Shown here piece by piece: positions 50,196 to 60,008 of a stretch of 64,000 nt of DNA. Origin of the DNA: Sporomusaceae bacterium (GTDB taxonomy: Bacteria; Bacillota; Negativicutes; Acidaminococcales; JAJUGR01); NCBI GenBank assembly GCA_029265905.1, contig JAJUGR010000001.1, positions 112,118 through 176,117 of the forward strand, given 5' to 3'. Each line of letters begins with the position of its first letter. The first letter of the stretch is position 1. A program made the translations under genes and the position numbers. The notes below the pieces were generated by a model that saw nothing but the letters and a program-made list of their open reading frames with translations, made no database searches and was not told the DNA's origin.

Positions 50196-51752
50196 ATGGC
50201 GAAGTTTATTACCGCCCAGGAAGCTGCGGCGCTGATTAAAGACGGTGACACTGTTGCGACCAGCGGTTTTGTCGGCATTGGGCATGCGGAAGCATTGACG
50301 GCGGCGTTGGAGACGCGTTTTTTAAATGAAGGCGCACCGCGTGATCTCACGTTGGTTTACTGCGCCGGACAAGGGGATGGAAAAGAACGCGGGTTGAACC
50401 ATCTTGGCCAGGAAGGCCTCGTGGCGCGCGTTATCGGCGGCCATTGGAATTTGGCCCCCAAATTAGGCAAGCTGGCGATTGAAAACAAGATTGAAGCATA
50501 TAATTTCCCGCAAGGTACGCTGACCCATTGGTTCCGCAATGTTGCCGGACGCAAGCCGGGTGTTATCACAAAAGTTGGCTTAAATACGTTTGTTGACCCG
50601 CGCGTAGAGGGCGGCAAACTTAATTCAGTCACGAAAGAAGATTTGGTGGAAGTTATTCATCTGGGTGGAGAAGAGTGGCTTTGGTACAAGCCGTTTCCGG
50701 TCAATGTCGCCTTAGTGCGGGGCACAAGCGCCGACGAAAAAGGCAATATTTCCATTGAACGGGAGGCGGCTTCGGTGGAAATCCTGCCGATTGCCCAGGC
50801 GGCGCAGAGCTCCGGCGGCATCGTCATTGCGCAAGTTGAGCGCATTGTGGCCAATGGGGTCATCAATCCGAAGGATGTGAAATTGCCGGGCATCAGCGTA
50901 GATTACATCGTAGTGGCGGAAAGTCCGGAGCTGCACATGCAGACTTTCGCCGAAGCCTACAACCCGGCTTATTCCGGGGAGACGCGCGTGCCGCTATCCG
51001 CGATTGCGTCCTTGCCGTTAGATGAGCGCAAAGTGATTGCCCGTCGGGCGGCTATGGAATTGATCCCTAATGCGCGGGTCAACTTGGGCATTGGGATGCC
51101 GGAAGGGGTGTCCGTTGTTGCGAACGAAGAAGGCGTCGGTCATACGATGACCCTGACGGTTGAAGTTGGTCCTGTCGGCGGCGTTCCAGCTGGGGGCTTG
51201 AGCTTCGGCGCAGCGACGAATGCTGAGGCTATTTTGGATCAGCCGTATCAATTCGACTTTTACGATGGTGGCGGCGTTGACTTGGCGTTCTTGGGACTGG
51301 CCGAAACGGACCAGCACGGCAACATCAATGTGAGCAAATTCAAGGGCCGTGTCGCCGGCTGCGGCGGATTTATCAACATCACGCAAAACGCCAAAGAGGT
51401 TGTGTTCTGCGGGACGTTTACCGCCGGCGGCTTGAAGGTCAAGGTTTGCGACGGCAAACTGAATATCGTTTCAGAAGGACGGGCGAAGAAATTCCTGGAT
51501 CATGTCGAGCAAATCACGTTCAGCGGCGCTTATGCGCAAAAAGTCAAGCAGCCCGTGTTGTATATTACGGAGCGGGCGGTGTTTAAGCTGACCGAAAAAG
51601 GGCTGATGCTGACCGAGATTGCGCCGGGCGTAGACCTGGAAAAAGATGTGCTGGCTCACATGGACTTCAAGCCGCTGATTGCAGAAAACTTGAAGTTGAT
51701 GGATGCCAGAATTTTTGCGGACGCCCCGATGGGTTTGCAGTTGAAAGCTTGA
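50196..51752 (+). CDS. Fused family-I acyl-CoA:acetate/3-ketoacid CoA-transferase (YdiF-like)
   Basis: About 518 aa, a single-chain alpha-beta fusion. '[23 protein letters not shown]' N-terminus. Confidence 0.8.
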   Translation: MAKFITAQEAAALIKDGDTVATSGFVGIGHAEALTAALETRFLNEGAPRDLTLVYCAGQGDGKERGLNHLGQEGLVARVIGGHWNLAPKLGKLAIENKIEAYNFPQGTLTHWFRNVAGRKPGVITKVGLNTFVDPRVEGGKLNSVTKEDLVEVIHLGGEEWLWYKPFPVNVALVRGTSADEKGNISIEREAASVEILPIAQAAQSSGGIVIAQVERIVANGVINPKDVKLPGISVDYIVVAESPELHMQTFAEAYNPAYSGETRVPLSAIASLPLDERKVIARRAAMELIPNARVNLGIGMPEGVSVVANEEGVGHTMTLTVEVGPVGGVPAGGLSFGAATNAEAILDQPYQFDFYDGGGVDLAFLGLAETDQHGNINVSKFKGRVAGCGGFINITQNAKEVVFCGTFTAGGLKVKVCDGKLNIVSEGRAKKFLDHVEQITFSGAYAQKVKQPVLYITERAVFKLTEKGLMLTEIAPGVDLEKDVLAHMDFKPLIAENLKLMDARIFADAPMGLQLKA

Positions 51753-51803
51753 ACAGCGAGGTCCGCAGTGCAGCGAAGACAATAACGAGGGTGAGGGAAT
51801 AAT

Positions 51804-52985
51804 ATGAGAGAAGCGGTTATCGTTAGTGCGGTTAGAACCGCGATCGGCAATTTCAACGGTTCGCTGGCGCCTTTCTCGGCGCCGGAACTTGGCTCGATCG
51901 TAATTAAAGAAGCCTTGGACAGGGCTGGCGTGGACGGCAAGGCTGTGGAGGAAGTGATTTTTGGGAATGTCTTGCAGGCCGGTCTTGGCCAAAACCCTGC
52001 CCGGCAGGCCGCACTGAAGGCGAACTTGCCAGTAGAGGTTCCGGCACTGACGATCAATAAGGTCTGCGGTTCCGGTCTCAAGACGGTCAATTTAGCCGCC
52101 CAGGCGATCTTGGCTGGCGACGCCGACATATTGGTTGCCGGCGGCATGGAAAGCATGACGAACGCACCGTATGTGCTTGATAAAGCCCGTTGGGGTTATC
52201 GCATGGGCAATGGCAAGCTGGTTGACGTGATGATTAATGACGGTTTGTGGTGCGCCACGAACGACTGCCATATGGGAATTACGGCGGAAAACATCGTCGA
52301 CCAATGCTGCGGTATCACTCGTGAGGCGCAGGACCAACTGGCTTACGAATCGCAGACGAAGGCCGTCGCCGCAATCGAGCGGGGCGATTTCAAGAAAGAA
52401 ATTGTGCCGGTGACTATCAAAACGAAAAAAGGCGAAGTTGTTTTTGATACTGATGAGTTCCCGCGGGCTGGAGTCACGGTCGAAGCGCTGGGTAAGCTGA
52501 AGCCGGCTTTCAAAAAAGACGGCACTGTCACCGCCGGCAATGCTTCCGGCATCAATGACGGCGCAGCCGCGCTGGTCATTATGTCGGCGGACAAAGCCAA
52601 AGCGCTGGGGCTTAAACCTCTCGCCCGCATCCGTGGTTATGCTTCAGCCGGCGTTGATCCGAGCGTTATGGGTTTGGGACCGATCACGGCAACTAGAAAA
52701 GCGCTGGCTAAGGCTGGCCTGACAGTGAATGATCTTGATCTGATCGAAGCCAATGAAGCTTTTGCCGCGCAGTTTCTGGCAGTAGGACAAGACCTGGCGT
52801 TCCCGAAAGAAAAAGTCAATGTTAACGGCGGCGCCATCGCCCTCGGTCACCCCATCGGAGCAAGCGGCGCCCGTATTTTGGTGACGTTGCTTCATGCGTT
52901 GGAAGCACGGCAAGGAAAACTAGGCCTGGCGACCTTGTGCATCGGCGGCGGACAAGGTGTGGCCACCGTTATTGAACGCTTGTAA
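51804..52985 (+). CDS. Acetyl-CoA C-acetyltransferase (thiolase II)
   Basis: '[11 protein letters not shown]', active-site '[10 protein letters not shown]', C-terminal '[15 protein letters not shown]...CIGGGQG'. Confidence 0.93.
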   Translation: MREAVIVSAVRTAIGNFNGSLAPFSAPELGSIVIKEALDRAGVDGKAVEEVIFGNVLQAGLGQNPARQAALKANLPVEVPALTINKVCGSGLKTVNLAAQAILAGDADILVAGGMESMTNAPYVLDKARWGYRMGNGKLVDVMINDGLWCATNDCHMGITAENIVDQCCGITREAQDQLAYESQTKAVAAIERGDFKKEIVPVTIKTKKGEVVFDTDEFPRAGVTVEALGKLKPAFKKDGTVTAGNASGINDGAAALVIMSADKAKALGLKPLARIRGYASAGVDPSVMGLGPITATRKALAKAGLTVNDLDLIEANEAFAAQFLAVGQDLAFPKEKVNVNGGAIALGHPIGASGARILVTLLHALEARQGKLGLATLCIGGGQGVATVIERL

Positions 52986-52991
52986 TCAAGC

Positions 52992-53024
52992 GGCATGCCA
53001 ACGGCAACTTGCCGTTGGCATGCC
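52992..53024 (+). other. Intra-operon RNA hairpin (14-bp perfect stem) between thiolase and acyl-CoA dehydrogenase genes
   Basis: ggcatgccaacggc-aactt-gccgttggcatgcc followed only by TTT. Confidence 0.5.
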
Positions 53025-53104
53025 TTTGGAGAAGAAAGTGATTAAATTCACTTTGCAACTTGCGGGTCTAGCCGCAATAAGATAAAGAACAGGAGGGGAT
53101 TAGC

Positions 53105-54244
53105 ATGTTGTTTGAGTTGACAGAAGACCAAATCATGATTCAAGAGATGGTGCGTGACTTTGCCGTTAAGGCAGTCGCACCTGGTGTGGCGGAACGCGAC
53201 GAAGCCTGCTTTTTTGACCGGGCGCTCGTCGACCAAATGGGGGAATTAGGCTTAAACGGCCTTGGTTTTCCGGAACAATACGGTGGGACAGGAACCGATT
53301 ACCTGAGCTACATTTTGGCAGTGGAAGAATTGTCAAAGGTGGACGACGGAATCGGGGTTACCTTGTCAGCCACCGCTTCGCTCTGCGCTTGGCCAATCTA
53401 CGCCTACGGCACGGAAGAACAAAAGGGAAAATACCTTCGCCCGATTTTGGAGGGCCGGCACATGGGGGCGTTTGGCCTCACGGAGCCGAACGCTGGTACC
53501 GACGCTGCCGCCCAACAGACGACGGCGGTTTTGGATGGCGAGCACTATATTTTAAACGGCAGTAAAATGTTCATCACCAATGCCGGCGAAGCGGAAACCT
53601 ATGTTGTGTTTGCCATGACTGACAAAGCCAAAGGCTTGAAAGGCATTACGGCCTTCATCCTGGAAAAGGGGATGCCTGGCTTTACCTTCGGCAAGAAAGA
53701 GCACAAGATGGGGATACATTCGTCCATCACGATGGAACTGATTTTCCAGGATGTGAAGGTCCCGAAAGCGAATCTGTTGGGTAAAGAAGGGGAAGGGTTT
53801 AAAATCGCCATGACAACGCTGGATGGCGGACGGATCGGCATCGCCGCCCAAGCGCTGGGCATCGCGCAAGCGGCGCTCGACCATGCGGTCAAATACTCCA
53901 AAGAGCGCGTGCAGTTCGGCAAGCCCATTTGCGCCAACCAAGCGATTGCCTTCATGCTGGCCGACATGCACACCAAGGTGGAGGCGGCCCGCCTGCTGAC
54001 CTATCGCGCCGCCTGGCTCAAACAGCAAAACAAGCCTTACTCCAAAGAAGCTGCAATGGCGAAAATGTACGCCGGCGACATTGCCATGGAAGTAACTACG
54101 GATGCGGTGCAAATCTTTGGCGGGTATGGCTACAGCGCTGAGTATCCAGTCGAACGGCTGATGCGGAACGCAAAAATTACGCAGATTTATGAGGGCACGA
54201 ACCAAGTGCAACGGATGGTCATTTCCGGCGCCTTGCTGCGGTAG
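53105..54244 (+). CDS. Short-chain (butyryl-CoA-type) acyl-CoA dehydrogenase
   Basis: ACAD fold; '[14 protein letters not shown]' and '[13 protein letters not shown]'. Confidence 0.93.
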   Translation: MLFELTEDQIMIQEMVRDFAVKAVAPGVAERDEACFFDRALVDQMGELGLNGLGFPEQYGGTGTDYLSYILAVEELSKVDDGIGVTLSATASLCAWPIYAYGTEEQKGKYLRPILEGRHMGAFGLTEPNAGTDAAAQQTTAVLDGEHYILNGSKMFITNAGEAETYVVFAMTDKAKGLKGITAFILEKGMPGFTFGKKEHKMGIHSSITMELIFQDVKVPKANLLGKEGEGFKIAMTTLDGGRIGIAAQALGIAQAALDHAVKYSKERVQFGKPICANQAIAFMLADMHTKVEAARLLTYRAAWLKQQNKPYSKEAAMAKMYAGDIAMEVTTDAVQIFGGYGYSAEYPVERLMRNAKITQIYEGTNQVQRMVISGALLR

Positions 54245-54278
54245 GTGTCGGGCAAGATCCAAGCGGGAGGTAGAAAAA

Positions 54279-55064
54279 TTGGATATTATCGTATGTGTCA
54301 AGCAAGTGCCGGATACGACAGAAGTGAAAATCGATCCGCAAACCAATACGCTGATTCGTCAAGGAGTGCCGAGCATTGTCAACCCTTTTGATAAAAATGC
54401 CGTGGAGGCGGCCCTGCAATTGAAAGAACAGCACGGAGGCAAGGTGACGGTCATTTCCATGGGGCCGCCGCAAGCGCAGGAGAGCCTGAAGGAATGTTTG
54501 GCGATGGGAGCGGACGAAGCCGTGCTCATCAGTGACCGGGCGTTCGGCGGCGCCGACGTGCTGGCGACCAGCTATACGCTGGCGGCGGCGATTCGCAAGA
54601 TCGGACGTTATGATTTGGTGCTATGCGGCAAACAGGCGATCGATGGCGATACGGCGCAAGTGGGGCCGGAAATCGCCGAACATCTGGGCATTGCGCAAAT
54701 AACTTATGTTGCCAAACTTGCGGTCGAAGGCGACAACGTGCGGGTTGAGCGCGAGCACGAAGATGGCTATGAAATCCTGGAAACGAAGCTGCCGGTCTTG
54801 CTTTCCGTAGTCAAGTCGATCAATGAGCCGCGCTTTCCGACCATCAAAGGGAAAATGAGGGCCAGTCGGACCAAAATTCCGGTGTGGGGGGCGGCCGACC
54901 TTGCGGTAGACCCTGACTGCATCGGGCTAAAGGGCTCGCCCACCCAGGTGCGCAGAATCTTCACCCCTCCGCAGCGGACTCAGGGCGTTGTGATTCAAAA
55001 GGAAACGGCGCGCGAGACGGTTGTTGAGCTGATTGCAAAACTGACTGACGCGAAGCTCGTCTAA
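54279..55064 (+). CDS. etfB: Electron transfer flavoprotein beta subunit
   Basis: 'LDIIVCVKQVPDT' N-terminus. TTG 54279 lies 8 nt after a GGGAGG RBS. Confidence 0.88.
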   Translation: MDIIVCVKQVPDTTEVKIDPQTNTLIRQGVPSIVNPFDKNAVEAALQLKEQHGGKVTVISMGPPQAQESLKECLAMGADEAVLISDRAFGGADVLATSYTLAAAIRKIGRYDLVLCGKQAIDGDTAQVGPEIAEHLGIAQITYVAKLAVEGDNVRVEREHEDGYEILETKLPVLLSVVKSINEPRFPTIKGKMRASRTKIPVWGAADLAVDPDCIGLKGSPTQVRRIFTPPQRTQGVVIQKETARETVVELIAKLTDAKLV

Positions 55065-55080
55065 AGAGGGGGAAGCGATT

Positions 55081-56280
55081 ATGGCAATTAGATTTACCGA
55101 CGCCTGCATCGGGTGCGGCGCATGTGAGCCGATTTGTCCGTTTGCGGCGATTGAAATGAAGGACGGCAAGGCCTACAATACGGAAGCTTGCACGTCCTGC
55201 GGAGCCTGCGTGGACGTTTGTCCGGTCGGGGCGATTGTCCGCGAGGCTGAAGAAAAAAAGACCGCGGTCAATAAGGACGACTATCGCCATGTCTGGGTAT
55301 ACCTGGAATTGAGTGACGGGCGCCCGCGCAACGTCGGCCTCGAACTGCTGGGAGAAGGGCGCAAGCTGGCCGATGCAATGGGCCAGCAGCTGGCCGCGGT
55401 TGTGTTGGGCGAACGCGGTGCGGCCGAGGCCGGCGTAAAGGAAGCGTTCGCCTATGGGGCGGACAAGGTCTATTTGGTCGAGGGCGAGGCGTACAAACAC
55501 TACAACACGGACGCCTTCACCAGCGCTTTTGCCGATTTGATCGAGACGCACAAGCCGTCCGTCGTACTCATCGGCGCGACCAATGACGGGCGCGATTTGG
55601 CGCCGCGGATCGCTTGCCGCGTCAAAACCGGCTTAACGGCAGATTGCACCGACCTCGGCATTGACGAGGCGACAGGATTGGTGGCCTGGACCAGACCGGC
55701 TTTCGGCGGCAACATTATGGCCACCATCCTTTGTGCCGATCATCGCCCGCAGATGGGCACCGTGCGCCCGAACGTATTCAAGCGTCCGGCGCCGGATTAC
55801 GGCCGCAGCGGTGAAGTAGTTGTTGTGGCGGGTAAAGTAGGGCCGCAAGATGCGCGCGTCAAGTTCATCGACCTGTTGCGCGTTTGCACAGCCTCCTGCA
55901 ACCTGGAAGAAGCGGAAGTCATTGTTTCGGGCGGGCGCGGCATGTGCAACCGGGAGAACTTTGCCTTGCTGGAACAGCTGGCGGAAGTCCTGGGCGGCAC
56001 CGTCGGCGCTTCGCGGGCGGCGGTTGACGCCGGCTGGCAGTCGGCGCTGCAGCAAGTCGGGCAGAGCGGTAAAACGGTCGGACCCAAAATCTACTTTGCC
56101 TTCGGCATTTCCGGAGCCATCCAGCATTTGGCCGGCATGTCCTCCTCCGACGTGGTCATTGCCATCAACAAGGACCCGGACGCGCCGATCTTCAAGGTGG
56201 CCGATTACGGCGTCGTCGGAGACGCAATGGAAATCTTGCCGATCATGATTGAAGAGTTCAAAAAGCTGAAGGGAAAATGA
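55081..56280 (+). CDS. etfA: Electron transfer flavoprotein alpha subunit with N-terminal 2x[4Fe-4S] ferredoxin domain
   Basis: '[12 protein letters not shown]' and '[12 protein letters not shown]' in the first 60 aa or so, then an EtfA body ('[15 protein letters not shown]'). Confidence 0.9.
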   Translation: MAIRFTDACIGCGACEPICPFAAIEMKDGKAYNTEACTSCGACVDVCPVGAIVREAEEKKTAVNKDDYRHVWVYLELSDGRPRNVGLELLGEGRKLADAMGQQLAAVVLGERGAAEAGVKEAFAYGADKVYLVEGEAYKHYNTDAFTSAFADLIETHKPSVVLIGATNDGRDLAPRIACRVKTGLTADCTDLGIDEATGLVAWTRPAFGGNIMATILCADHRPQMGTVRPNVFKRPAPDYGRSGEVVVVAGKVGPQDARVKFIDLLRVCTASCNLEEAEVIVSGGRGMCNRENFALLEQLAEVLGGTVGASRAAVDAGWQSALQQVGQSGKTVGPKIYFAFGISGAIQHLAGMSSSDVVIAINKDPDAPIFKVADYGVVGDAMEILPIMIEEFKKLKGK

Positions 56281-56314
56281 TGCGCAAGCGTCAGCTGAAA
56301 GGAGCGCGGCACTG

Positions 56315-57088
56315 ATGAGCTTATTGTATGAAAACGATAACGGCATTGCCACCATAACCATGAACCGGCCCCAAGCCTTGAACGCCCTGAATACAGCAAC
56401 TTTGAAAGAACTCGACAACTTGCTGGACGTGATTGCCGGCGACAGCGGCGTGAAGGTTGTGATCCTGACCGGGAGCGGAGAAAAAGCGTTTGTGGCCGGC
56501 GCGGATATTGCGGAAATGAAGCCCTTGTCCGCGCTGGAGGGGCGGGCGTTTGGAAAAATGGGGCAGGCTGTTTTCAACAAGCTGGAAAACCTGCCTCAGC
56601 CGGTCATTGCGGCGGTGAACGGCTTTGCCCTGGGGGGCGGCTGTGAGCTGGCGATGGCCTGCGATCTGCGGATCGCCTCGGACAAGGCGAAATTCGGCCA
56701 GCCAGAAGTCAGCCTGGGCATTACCCCAGGGTTTGGCGGAACCCAGCGCCTGCCGCGCTTGGTCGGCAAAGGCCGGGCGATGGAACTGTTGTTCACCGGC
56801 GACGTTATTGATGCCGCGGAAGCGTACCGGATCGGCTTGGTGAACAAAGTGGTTGCTTCGGATGAATTGCTGGCGACAGCTAAAGCGGCAGCGCAAAAAA
56901 TCATGGCGCGGGCGGAAGTTGCGGTTCAGCTTTGCAAAGCGGCGATTAATGAAGGCCTGAACATGGATCTTGCGTCAGGCATGGCCTACGAGCGAGAAGT
57001 GTTTGGCCTCTGCTTTGCCACCTCTGACCAAAAAGAGGGCATGGCTGCTTTTTTGGAAAAACGCGCAGCGTCGTTCAGTGGCAAGTAA
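56315..57088 (+). CDS. Enoyl-CoA hydratase (crotonase family)
   Basis: 'FVAGADIAEM' and 'GFALGGGCELAMACD' oxyanion-hole motifs. Confidence 0.9.
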   Translation: MSLLYENDNGIATITMNRPQALNALNTATLKELDNLLDVIAGDSGVKVVILTGSGEKAFVAGADIAEMKPLSALEGRAFGKMGQAVFNKLENLPQPVIAAVNGFALGGGCELAMACDLRIASDKAKFGQPEVSLGITPGFGGTQRLPRLVGKGRAMELLFTGDVIDAAEAYRIGLVNKVVASDELLATAKAAAQKIMARAEVAVQLCKAAINEGLNMDLASGMAYEREVFGLCFATSDQKEGMAAFLEKRAASFSGK

Positions 57089-57145
57089 GGCTGCGAGTCA
57101 AAGCAACCACGAGATGCTATAATTGAGGGATTGAAAAGCGAGGCA

Positions 57146-57568
57146 ATGACGATGGTGAGAGATGTTCCATTTGCGGAAATTCAAATTGGTGACAAAGCCA
57201 GCATGGCGAAAACGATTAGCGATTATGATGTGTATGGGTTTGCCGGCATCACCGGTGACTTCAATCCGGTTCACGTCAATGACGAATTTGCCAAAACGAC
57301 GCAGTTTAAAGGACGCATTGCCCACGGTATGCTGTCTGCCGGCTTGATTTCGGCTGTTATTGGGACGGCGTTGCCGGGAATGAACGCCATATACTTGGGA
57401 CAGGAGCTCACGTTTAAGTTGCCGGCCCGGGTCGGCGATACGTTGACGGCGACGGTGGAAGTCTTGGAGAAGATCGAAGCAAAAAAACGGTTGATTTTTC
57501 GCACGACAGTCGTTAACCAGGAGGGAAAGCTTGTTGTTGATGGCAAAGCCACAATCATGAAAAAATAG
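57146..57568 (+). CDS. MaoC-like (R)-specific enoyl-CoA hydratase/dehydratase
   Basis: Hot-dog fold with motif 'GDFNPVHVNDEFAKTTQFKGRIAHG'. Start is ambiguous (57131, 57146 or 57152). Confidence 0.8.
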   Translation: MTMVRDVPFAEIQIGDKASMAKTISDYDVYGFAGITGDFNPVHVNDEFAKTTQFKGRIAHGMLSAGLISAVIGTALPGMNAIYLGQELTFKLPARVGDTLTATVEVLEKIEAKKRLIFRTTVVNQEGKLVVDGKATIMKK

Positions 57569-57581
57569 GGTGCGGGTTTTT

Positions 57582-57617
57582 AAAATGGGAGCGCAAGCAG
57601 GCGCTCCCATTTTTTGA
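57582..57617 (+). terminator. Rho-independent terminator ending operon 1
   Basis: aaaatgggagcgc-aagcag-gcgctcccatttt followed by TTT. Confidence 0.9.
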
Positions 57618-57743
57618 TTCGGAGGCGAGGATGCTTAGCTCATGTCCTGTAAACTAGACAGTGTGTCGAAGTGAATATACAAAAGATCTAGACATCATTT
57701 TCGGGAAGGCTTGGTTTATCAGCGGTCGTAGCCAATTGGAATT

Positions 57744-57759
57744 TGGCACGCTTTTTGCA
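57744..57759 (+). promoter_or_regulatory. Sigma-54 (-24/-12) promoter P2
   Basis: TGGCAC-gcttt-TTGCA is an exact consensus match. Lies about 90 nt upstream of the SDR ATG 57849. Confidence 0.8.
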
Positions 57760-57848
57760 TCAAAGCTAAGTGCGTCAGTTGCGCGAACTCCATTTGTTAG
57801 TTTTGGAAGGCATCTGGCCAGATGATGAAAAAGTAGGAGGATCAGAGT

Positions 57849-58589
57849 ATGAGAGGGTTAAAAGACAAAGTAGCGATTATTACGGGTGCTGCCGGTGGAA
57901 TTGGCAAAGCTACCGCTCTGCGTTTTGCTGAAGAGGGAGCTAAAGTAGTTGTTGCTGATTTTAGTGATGGTTCGGCGACTGTTGCCGAAGTTAAGGCCCA
58001 AGGCTCGGATGCCGTTTATGTTCAAGTGGATGTTACCTCGCCTGATAGCGTCAAACTGATGGTTGAAAAAGCACTCGAAGCCTTCGGACGCATTGATGTT
58101 CTGATCAATAATGCCGGGATCACCAAAGATGCGATGATGAAAAAGATGAGTAAAGATGCCTGGGACGCGGTTATCAGCGTTAACCTGACCGGCGTATTCA
58201 ATTGCACGTCAGCTGTATTGCCGCATTTGTTGGAACAACAATCCGGTGTAGTGCTTACGACTTCCTCCGTCGTCGGTCTTTATGGCAATTTGGGGCAGAC
58301 AAACTACGCTGCTACAAAATGGGGCGTGATTGGGATGACAAAGTCGTGGGCCAAAGAAATGGCTAAAAACGGTTTGCGTTTCAACTGCGTGGCGCCTGGA
58401 TTTATTGGTACTGAAATGGTAAAGAAAATTCCTGAGCAAGTGCTGAAAGAAAAAATTCTAATCAAAGTTCCGGCCAATCGTTTGGGCGAGCCCGAAGAAA
58501 TTGCTGCTGCGTTTGCCTTCCTTGCTTCGGATGATGCAAAATTCATTAATGGCGCTGTTCTTAGCGTTGATGGCGCCTGCACCCTGTAA
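57849..58589 (+). CDS. SDR-family 3-oxoacyl reductase (FabG/PhaB-like; candidate 3-hydroxyacyl-CoA dehydrogenase)
   Basis: 'ITGAAGGIGKA' cofactor motif, 'NNAG', catalytic 'YAATK'. Confidence 0.88.
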   Translation: MRGLKDKVAIITGAAGGIGKATALRFAEEGAKVVVADFSDGSATVAEVKAQGSDAVYVQVDVTSPDSVKLMVEKALEAFGRIDVLINNAGITKDAMMKKMSKDAWDAVISVNLTGVFNCTSAVLPHLLEQQSGVVLTTSSVVGLYGNLGQTNYAATKWGVIGMTKSWAKEMAKNGLRFNCVAPGFIGTEMVKKIPEQVLKEKILIKVPANRLGEPEEIAAAFAFLASDDAKFINGAVLSVDGACTL

Positions 58590-58603
58590 CGGTCGGATTT
58601 ATT

Positions 58604-58631
58604 GGGGCTGCCTTAAATGCAGCCCCTTTTG
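58604..58631 (+). other. Short hairpin with T-tract between the SDR and thiolase genes (possible partial terminator)
   Basis: ggggctgc-cttaaat-gcagcccc followed by TTTT. Confidence 0.45.
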
Positions 58632-58667
58632 CGTGCTTGATTATTCTAAAGTTGTAGGAGGAGTAAG

Positions 58668-59873
58668 ATGAACACAAGAGAAGTTGTGGTCGTCAGCGCC
58701 TGCCGGACGGCGATTGGCAAGTTCATGGGGTCGCTGGGCGGGGTATCGGCCCGCGAATTAGCCATGACGGTCGGGAAAGAAGCCATCAAGCGAGCCGGCA
58801 TTAATCCGGAAAGCATTGATGAAATCGTTATGGGACAGTTGTATACGGGCTTGCAGGGATCATTGCCCGCCCGACAAGTTGCCATGCGTATCGGGCTTCC
58901 GCATCGCAGTGCGGCCGTTAGTGTCAATCAAAACTGCGCTTCGGGGATGCGGGCGCTGGAGATTGCGGCCAGCAACATCCTGCTGGGCAAAACGGAGATT
59001 GGCTTGGTAATCGGCGTGGAGAGCATGACGAATGCGCCTTATATGCTGCCGAAAGCGCGCATGGGCTACCGGATGGGGAACGGCACGATCGAAGACTCCA
59101 TGCTGCACGACGGTCTGTTCGACGAACTGGTTCCCGGACACATGGGCGTGACGGCGGAAAACGTAGCGGCCGCGTACGGCATCACCAGGCAGGAGTGCGA
59201 TGAACTGGCGGTGACGAGCCATACGCGCGCCGCCCGGGCAATTGACGAAGGACGTTTTAAGCGGGAAATCGTTCCGGTTGAAATACAGGGGAAGAAAGGG
59301 CCGACCTTTTTTGACACGGATGAGCACTTGATTCGTGGCTGCACAGCGGAGTCGCTGGGCAAACTGGCGCCGGTCTTTAAAAAAGACGGCGTAGTGACGG
59401 CGGCCAATGCCTCCGGCATCAATGACGGGGCTTCGGCGGTGATCGTCATGTCGGGTGAGAAGGCGCAGGAGCTCGGCTTAAAGCCACTGGGGAAAATGCT
59501 CAGCATAGTAAGTGAGGGTGTGGATCCGCAGCTCATGGGCATTGGACCGGCGGTTGCGATCCCCAAAGCGCTGAAAGCGGCGCAGCAGGCCTTTGAGGAG
59601 ATTGAATACTGGGAAATCAATGAGGCATTTGCGGCGCAGTGGTTGGGCGTAGGTCGCGCGCTGAAGCAGGATGCCGGCATCGAACTCGATCTGGATAAGG
59701 TCAACCACAACGGGTCGGGCATAGCACTTGGTCACCCGGTCGGTTCGTCGGGGTTGCGGATCGTCGTATCTTTGCTGTACGAAATGGAGCGGTTGAACCT
59801 GACACTGGGCGGGGCGTCGCTTTGCGTAGGCGGCGGCCCGGCGATGGCTTCCTTGTGGTCAAGAGAAGCGTAA
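58668..59873 (+). CDS. Acetyl-CoA C-acyltransferase (second thiolase paralogue)
   Basis: 'VVVSACRTAIGKF', 'VNQNCASGMRA', 'NGSGIALGHPVGSSG...CVGGGPA'. Confidence 0.93.
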   Translation: MNTREVVVVSACRTAIGKFMGSLGGVSARELAMTVGKEAIKRAGINPESIDEIVMGQLYTGLQGSLPARQVAMRIGLPHRSAAVSVNQNCASGMRALEIAASNILLGKTEIGLVIGVESMTNAPYMLPKARMGYRMGNGTIEDSMLHDGLFDELVPGHMGVTAENVAAAYGITRQECDELAVTSHTRAARAIDEGRFKREIVPVEIQGKKGPTFFDTDEHLIRGCTAESLGKLAPVFKKDGVVTAANASGINDGASAVIVMSGEKAQELGLKPLGKMLSIVSEGVDPQLMGIGPAVAIPKALKAAQQAFEEIEYWEINEAFAAQWLGVGRALKQDAGIELDLDKVNHNGSGIALGHPVGSSGLRIVVSLLYEMERLNLTLGGASLCVGGGPAMASLWSREA

Positions 59874-60008
59874 TGTTGGGGCTGTATATACCTGGTTTTG
59901 TCTTGCGTAAAGACAGCCTTTAAATAAAAGTGTCTACTTTGCGCGACAAAAGAGGTTTTTGCCAGATGGCGTCTAATCATTAAGGCGGAGAATGAAAGGG
60001 AGGGTGCT

